NCBI GenBank assembly: GCA_951406725.2
Contig: OX597825.1
Location: forward strand, 17,360,001 to 17,424,000
Length of the DNA stretch: 64,000 nt
Direction of reading: 5' to 3'
Source: Octopus vulgaris
Taxonomy: Eukaryota
Within the stretch, counting starts at the first letter, position 1; each line of letters starts with the position of its first letter. The notes below the pieces were generated by a model. The model did no database searches. It saw only the letters and a program-made list of their open reading frames with translations, and was not told the origin of the DNA. Positions 56,771 to 64,000 of the stretch are shown one piece after another. The position numbers and the translations under genes were made by a program.

Positions 56771-58559
56771 TTGTAGCTTTTATTTACATTGCGGTTGCTG
56801 TATCTCGCTATGACAAAAAAACCTTTTAACTATTCCGATGGCTGCACTATTACCGCGTTGATAGTAAACGAGAACTATCCATTTCCAGATTATTTTCAAA
56901 GAACCCTGTAGGGAAGCACGAAAATACATTCACGGATACATATTTCTTTCTTTCATCTTCTTACCAAATGCTTAGCAAAAATGATGTCCTCAACAGCAGA
57001 CCAGAACACCAAAGCTACTTTTGAATATAATCACGCTTTAGAAATAATAAAATATGAACTTATTAAATGCATAATCATTTACAAATCGATAAACAGAAAA
57101 GAAGGACGATAACTTTAGGAATATTGACAAAATGTGAGCGACACTCTTGGTAGCAATATCTATAAAGGCAGTTGGGCACACGCCCCTACTTTAAAATGCA
57201 AGCATATTTTAGGGAAAATATTTTCGCCTATATCGTCAGTACAAATCAAATACTACAAAATGTAAGCTTGTAGAAATGATAAGAAATATGAGAGAAATAT
57301 ATAAAAAGATACAGTGAATCCTTGCCTAAGTAGTGTGTACAGGAGATGGCAAAGTGGAACTACGCGTGCTTATGTGTATTGAAAAAGCCGTGGGCATTCA
57401 GTGGTACTCAGTACATCGTGCATAAGTTGATGTGTTAGATTCCTGGGGAATAGTACGTGCTATTTCACATGGCAATATCTACAAGATTGCCTGCCTCAAG
57501 GTTTGTACCAGTGACTGAGCAACAGAGCAAGCATAAATATTTACGATGAAGACCCAATAGGTAAAGCATAGAAAAACGTTTTTGTGGACAGTGGTTAACG
57601 CAAATATTGATTTATGTCCCATTAATTGCCTGGTTCATAATAATTGCTTGCTTTGGGTATATGATCACATGTCATGATCCCTAAAATTAATCCGATACTT
57701 GATAATAATTCAACAAGAGACAGAATAGACACTCTAAGTTTTACGGGATCAGTTCAAGCAGGATATATTTTATTTCTGGGAACGATTTATGTTGTATTGT
57801 CAAAGACGCGTATAAAGGCAACTTGTTTCATTGCTATTTCAAACAAGATCAAAAACAGTGTTTGCGATCAAGTTTTTACTGGTTAATAGGCAAGCCAGTA
57901 TTTGATCAAAGGTGGAGCCTTTAAACTTTTATAGACATACGTACATTTTAAGTAGTAAAAGTACCTGAAATGGTCGTGGTAGCAAGCTAGATCAAAGTCA
58001 TTGTTTGTGATGAAGCGTATTTCGAATGGTCCGCACCTCCATTTGACATCAAAGAGAAAATTTCATAAATTTTCTGGCATAAATAAATTTCATGTAGTAA
58101 GAAGCGTGTATCAGAATATAAAAAAAAACCCAAAAAAACATATAGCATTTAAAAATATAATGTATTTTCAGCATTCTTTTAGTATTCTTTAAATTTTCTA
58201 ATAAACAAATGAATGAATAAATAAATAAAGTTGTGTGTTTCCTTCTATTATTTTCAAGTTCTTTGAAATAATTCGGTTTCCGGAAAATATGTTCATCGGG
58301 ACATGTAGAAGGCTATATATATCATCATACATGCATATGCTAAGTGTCTAGTAGTGCGTAGAAAATGTGTCCCATCATCTGGCAATCAGTTTACTTTGAA
58401 TTTTGCTTTATACTGCCACCTCCTACGACCATATTAAAGGTGATGTCACAGACGAAATATGGATGTACAATAGGGCGTAGAATAGGGCTGCTTCTCATAT
58501 ACATAGCAAGCAGCAATGTAACCGAAATTGAGTAACAATTTCAGATTCACTATTAGTAT

Positions 58560-58618
<59 letters not shown>

Positions 58619-58649
58619 TAATACATGCATTATAATACATGTTCTTTCT

Positions 58650-59830
58650 ATTTTATTCACCACAACAATGTCCGGTTTCCGATGTCTACCTAGGTGATCT
58701 CACTGAATCATTGCATCCCACAGGATTTCCCATTGTTCATTTTCGGTGACTTGTTCTTTGGTTGCCTCATAGCACATCTTAGATCTTTGTAAGCTGTGAT
58801 TTCCACAGATCTGTCAATGGATCATTCTTGTCATTTTGTCATGTCTTTTGTAATCGCGTTGTACCAATTTCGGAAATTCGCTAATGATGTGTTATACCGT
58901 TTCTCCACACTCACCACAAATTCTGATTTGTCACTCTCGGTAGCGATGTTAATTTTGCACTTCAAATAGTTAGTCCTTAAGGCTTGTTCTTGTGTTGCGC
59001 ATATAAGAGCTTCTGTTTCTATTTTCAAGTTACTCCTCTTCATCCATAGCCACCGGCATTCTGCAACCTTCTTGGCGTTCGTATCTCTTGCAAACTCACC
59101 TACATTTTTCCTCCTTCCATGCTATTTATTTTTTTGCATTCGTTTCCTCTTTAAGTTTTTCTGTCTTTAAAAGATTATCAATTTTGAAGGTGCCGAAATT
59201 TATCCAGGTATTTCAAGAATGGTTCCACGGAATTGTTTTACATATCACCCTAAGCTGTTTCCTCTGTTTATTTACAATCCTGGCAACTGACCATACTCCT
59301 TCTAACTTTTCTTCTGCACAAGTACAGCCTATGTTTGTTACACTTATTTTCGTTGACATCGTATACATGTCCATCAGTTCTTTCTTTTGCTAGTTTATGA
59401 TTTCAAGTTCCGTACAGAAGTGATGATATCGTTCTTGTATTAATTGGATTTTATTCTTTCCGGTAAATATTGAGCACAACACCAATCTTAGACTTTGGAA
59501 ATATTTCATCCCCAATTGTTCTTTCATCTCCTTCTCCGTGATTTCTTTGAACTCTAATCTACCAAGGCATTTGGCACCTTCCTTTTCAATTTGTTTAATC
59601 AGTTCTCTATCAGGTAATTGTATGCCTGATGCAGACTGTACCTTGCCTCTTTTCAGATACATCATAGTACACTGCTTGCATCCGGATTCCATTCTAAAAT
59701 CAGCACTAAAACAGTGGAGTGTCTTCACCAGTTCATTGACAAAAACGAAGTAGGTGAAAATGAATCTCATCTCTACTTTAACCTTTGCCGGGGATAATTT
59801 GTCGCCACACCTAATATAATGCATTTTCCC
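58650..59830 (-). mobile_element. Decayed R4/Dong-like LINE fragment (RT C-terminal region)
   Basis: FSADFRME...LKRGKVQSASGIQLPD...CLGRLE; WMKRSNLKIETEALICATQEQALRTNY; near (AAT)n at 58560-58620. Confidence 0.75.
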
Positions 59831-59899
59831 ATGAAGCATATTTATAAGAAATTTGTAGGAGGAAAAGCGCAGTCTCTTGTTTGTCAGCTGCCTGGCTGG

Positions 59900-59948
59900 C
59901 TATCTATCTATATATCTATCTATCTATCTATCTATCCATCATCCATCC

Positions 59949-59986
<38 letters not shown>

Positions 59987-60062
59987 ATATCTATCTATAT
60001 ATCTATCTATCTATCTATCTATCTTTCCGTCTATCTATCTATCTATCTATCTATCAATCTAT
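59900..60062. repeat. (ATCT)n microsatellite
   Basis: Direct reading. Confidence 0.95.
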
Positions 60063-62793
60063 CACGTGTGCACATGTGGGTATATCTGTTAATTTATCTC
60101 TCTATATGAATCATCAATGAATCAGTCAATCCATCTGTCTATCTGTCTATCACCTACCTATTTATCTATACTTTTACATACATTGAGTATCATGCAGAGA
60201 TTACTATTTTCATTCAATACTGCTTTAGTCTCATACACCAAATATATCCAAGTTATTTTCATCTGGCCATACATATGGTGTCAGTTGAAAATTTATAAAT
60301 ATCTTGTCGAATATATTATAAACAAAAACCTGGTGATGCACCATCAGTTTATATGAATATTATTCATTAACTCTGTTACAAATGATTCAACAATTTCTTG
60401 TGGTATTTTTCTCATAGTTTTAAGTAGTTATTGCTTGTTTATCTATAACCCTCTTAAATATATTCGAGAAACAGAAAAAAAAAACGGAATTTAAACAAAT
60501 ATAGATGAGTTATTTGAAAAAAGAATAATGGAATATGCTACGCTGTTACATTGACTTCTTTTGATCTATGTAAATACAAGGCGTACGTAAGGGAAATTAT
60601 AATTAAAAATGTCGATTTTCTGCGTACGAAAAAACTGATTAATCAAACGATGAAATTTTTAACAATATAATGTGTATCTATTGTCTATCGCAACGAATTT
60701 GTTTTAGATGTTGATACAAAGTAATTTTCCAACAATATCGTTGCTATCGTTGCTACATAAATAACGTTTTCTTTTATTTTACATTCTAATATTTAGGTCG
60801 TTGAAGCATAAAATCATAAAAGAGAGTAAAAAAAAATAAAGACAGATAGGGTGTGTACTAAGCACAGCTGATTTAATGAATTGTAACCGAGGTGTGCTGT
60901 ACATTGTTTTTGAAAAACTGATTATAACTACACTAATATAAGGAGGCTTAGAAGTGGTGTGATGGTAGTTAGTAAGAAAAGACAAAAAAGTTGCTTACAG
61001 ATACCAACGGGATTTGAAACGTACGTACAGATGTTTCCGTTTTCTCGATTCTTTAATATATTGTATAGAACGTATTGTCTTCAAACGACATAAGACATGG
61101 ACTTCATTAATAAGTGTATAGATATGCCTCATAGTATTATATTTATTGGTCTCTTTCTTTGGAGATACGGGTCTTGTGTCACAAAGAAAAATTCATTCTG
61201 AAAAAAGGCCTATTCAATTTGCAAAGTAGAACGTTATTCAAAAAGATATAACGTGACAAAAAATGAAGAGGTAGATGCAAAAAGTGGAGGGGTGAATGAA
61301 AACTGAGCGAAAGAAAAGAAAATTAATGCTATGTCCCACATTTCCCAATAAAGCAATTACGTAGGCTACTTGTAGAATAATTCAAAGGGGAGAGACTGCG
61401 TGAGGGCTGCTCAATCCTTCTGCCCCAGTTTGCCAAACATATTCCCAGACGTATTTGTATCGTCAGGGTATCCAACAGGGGACATCAGTGAGCAGTTATG
61501 GTGTTTTATTTTTAGCGTAAGGGAGAACTTTTTCTACATAGTAACAGTAGTGAATTTGCCTTTAGAAGATGAAATATATCAGAGTCATATCTGATGCCTC
61601 AACAGTTTGGCGCTGATAATGATGAATTCCATTCGACCTGGCGATCTAATGCCACAACTCAGTCAATGTTGTTCACTGTGTTTTAGTTGAAGCTACAGCT
61701 TGAATTAAGTCCGTCCAGAGTTGCCTCTTTTCAGATTTTCCCATTGATTAAAGAGTTAGAAACGCATCTGGGAATCTGACATGGTGTTGTACTTGACAAC
61801 CATGATGTTTTTACACGTTTTCTACCATCAGATAGCAATTTCCACTACGGCAACTGTAGTGAATTCGGCTTTAGAATCTGAAATATATAACAAACATATT
61901 TTATCTAAGCTAATGTTCGCCGATATCTATGCATATGTATGTGTGTGTGTGTGCGTGCGTACGCGCATGCGGACGGGTGTACGTGTGGGTGGGCCTGTGT
62001 GTGTATATATGTGTGTGTGTGTTTGTGTATCTGTGCATGGTTGTATATATGTATCAGAAAATTCATAAATCTATAAATTTCAATATTGGTTCCCTCGGGT
62101 ATGATTTATGTCCTTAAAACTATAAAGTTATAATGTATAATAGAAATATTATACGAAAGAGATATGAGTAATGCAATACCAATCTCCGATGACATATCGT
62201 TTCCGATAGGTTTTTCACCCACTTTTGTACTCATTTAAGGAATATATATAATGCATAATAGTTACTGCACTTTTACATCACTGGAAGAAGCTACGCTATG
62301 ATGGCAAGATTTTAGTACTTTTCTTTCGGTGTTCAACATCGATCATTGAAAAGTACATTACTAATTATAAACCATTTCATTAACCCGTCAAAAACACCCA
62401 ATATGTTTGCGAGTAATTTCGGCTTCCTTTGTGTACACAAAGCTAACAGTTTCGCAGTAGAAGTAAATCGAATCAATTTATATCATCATACACCCCAGTA
62501 CTTAACTCGTGTGTATTTTATCAGCCCAAATTTGACGATAGCAATATCCATCCTTGCGAGATTTTGAAGTCAACACATGAGGAGGGACGAAATGCCGCGA
62601 AGCGTTTGGCCCGTTGTACTGAAGTACCAGTTAGCTGCCTTAGACTAAATAAATTTTGGTTTCAATTTTTGGTATAAGAGTGAGCAGGGAAAGTCACTTA
62701 CATCAAAACTAGTGTTCACGTGGTACTTATTTTTATCGAGCCCGAGAGTATTTATATTTATACGGTTCTATATTTAAGAGATGAAGAATTATG

Positions 62794-62968
62794 TACATTA
62801 TTTACATTCAACGGATATTTGTCCTAATCTTGTTTGTTGTTAACACAAGGTTTCGGCTGATGAAATGTCTTGGGGAAATTTCGAACCAGGGTTCTCATTC
62901 CTAAGGTATTTTTCGATATTATTATTATTATTATTAATATTATTATTATTATTATCATCATCATCATC

Positions 62969-63001
<33 letters not shown>

Positions 63002-63632
63002 GAGTAAGAGAGCAGTGCATGCCATCAAAGTGACACTAGGGTAAAATATACGAAGCCCAATATACCCATCATGACTACCCGTCTGATAAAGGTACACCAG
63101 GTACATGCATCACAACCATATGTGCGCGACATGGTGATCTCATATCAAGATAAACAGCACATGACCTTGCAGGTGGGGCCCAGTTAGAATTTTCTTCAGG
63201 TTGAGTAGCCCATCCCGCTCAAAAGGTCCCTGAATAAGGGTTGTTTAAGGATGTTGAAAGAACCACCCATGTTTCCAGAGGTGAACTATTCAAACCCCAA
63301 AGAAGCCCTCTCAACAAATGGCTATGATGCTCCCCCACTACTTCTGCTCGTGATCAGAGATGCACATATCGTCAGCCACTAAGGGACATGCTCAACTGGT
63401 TAAGGTCAAACAACTGACAAGCAAATCTGTGGTATTGAGCAGAATATTTGCTGTAGCCCATCTATTATTATTATTATTATTATTATTATAACATCGAAAA
63501 ATACCTTAGGAATGAGAACCCTGGTTCGACATTTCCACAAGACCTAAAAAAGGCTGGAAGGTATACCAGCCGAAATGTTGTGTTAAGAACAAACAAGATG
63601 AGGACAAACATCTGTCCAATGTAAATAATGTA
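62794..63632. mobile_element. Inverted pair of Penelope-like termini (62794-62917 and 63493-63632)
   Basis: Arms are reverse complements; right arm has a decayed hammerhead layout ctaaaaa-aggctgg...ccagcc-GAAA-tgtt. Confidence 0.65.
63000..63460 (-). mobile_element. Retroposon with (AAT)n tail, same family as 15931-16283
   Basis: Homologous to the other copy; flanked by ATT repeats on both sides. Confidence 0.75.
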
Positions 63633-63667
63633 AGTAATGTTAAATATTTATATTTGTTAACTTGTTA

Positions 63668-63945
63668 AGACGGCGCGATGGTAGATTCATTAGAGTGCCG
63701 AGCAAAATGCTTAGTATCATTTTGTCCGTCTTCACCTTCTGAGTTCAAATTCCGCCGAGATCGACCCCTCCAACGAACCTGCTGGCCTTGTGTCCAATTT
63801 TCAAATCAATACTTGCTAACTATTTAAAGCGGTGAACTGACAGAATCGTTAGCAAGCTAGACAATATGCTGAGCACCATTTCGTCCGTCTTTACTTTCTG
63901 ATTTCAAACGCCGCCGAGGTGGACTTTGTCTTTCATCATTTTACT
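63668..63945 (+). mobile_element. Two tandem SINE family B copies
   Basis: ggcgcgatggtagattcattag...gagttcaaattccgccgag and ggtgaactgacagaatcgttag...cgccgaggtggactttg. Confidence 0.75.
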
Positions 63946-64000
63946 ATAATCGTGTTATCACTTAGCTGTAGTCACGGAATGAATAGAATCATTGAGAGAA

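Noticed and set aside
61380-61860. Possible decayed Helitron helicase
   Set aside because: Only vague resemblance; no intact helicase motifs.

Overview
AT-rich, repeat-saturated eukaryotic non-coding DNA. The SINE families and long (TA)n/(AAT)n/(ATC)n microsatellites strongly suggest an Octopus genome (intron or intergenic). No host protein-coding exon could be supported; almost all ORF-track entries are microsatellite or SINE translations. Contents: about 25 copies of tRNA-derived SINEs (CORE-like bipartite family A, MetaSINE-like family B, two minor families), R4/Dong-like LINE fragments at (AAT)n tracts, a decayed Tx1/L1-like ORF2, a decayed mariner and mariner MITEs, a Gypsy gag relic, and Penelope-like termini with hammerhead ribozyme (HHR) motifs, one with an intact core (35006-35066). 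Best finding: a 2.2-kb ORF1-only ('half-LINE', Tx1-like) element at 4228-6454. It has a perfect 17-bp target-site duplication (TSD) and sits between the A and B boxes of a SINE head. That SINE is itself nested in another copy of the same SINE. Family names come from recalled motifs, not database searches.
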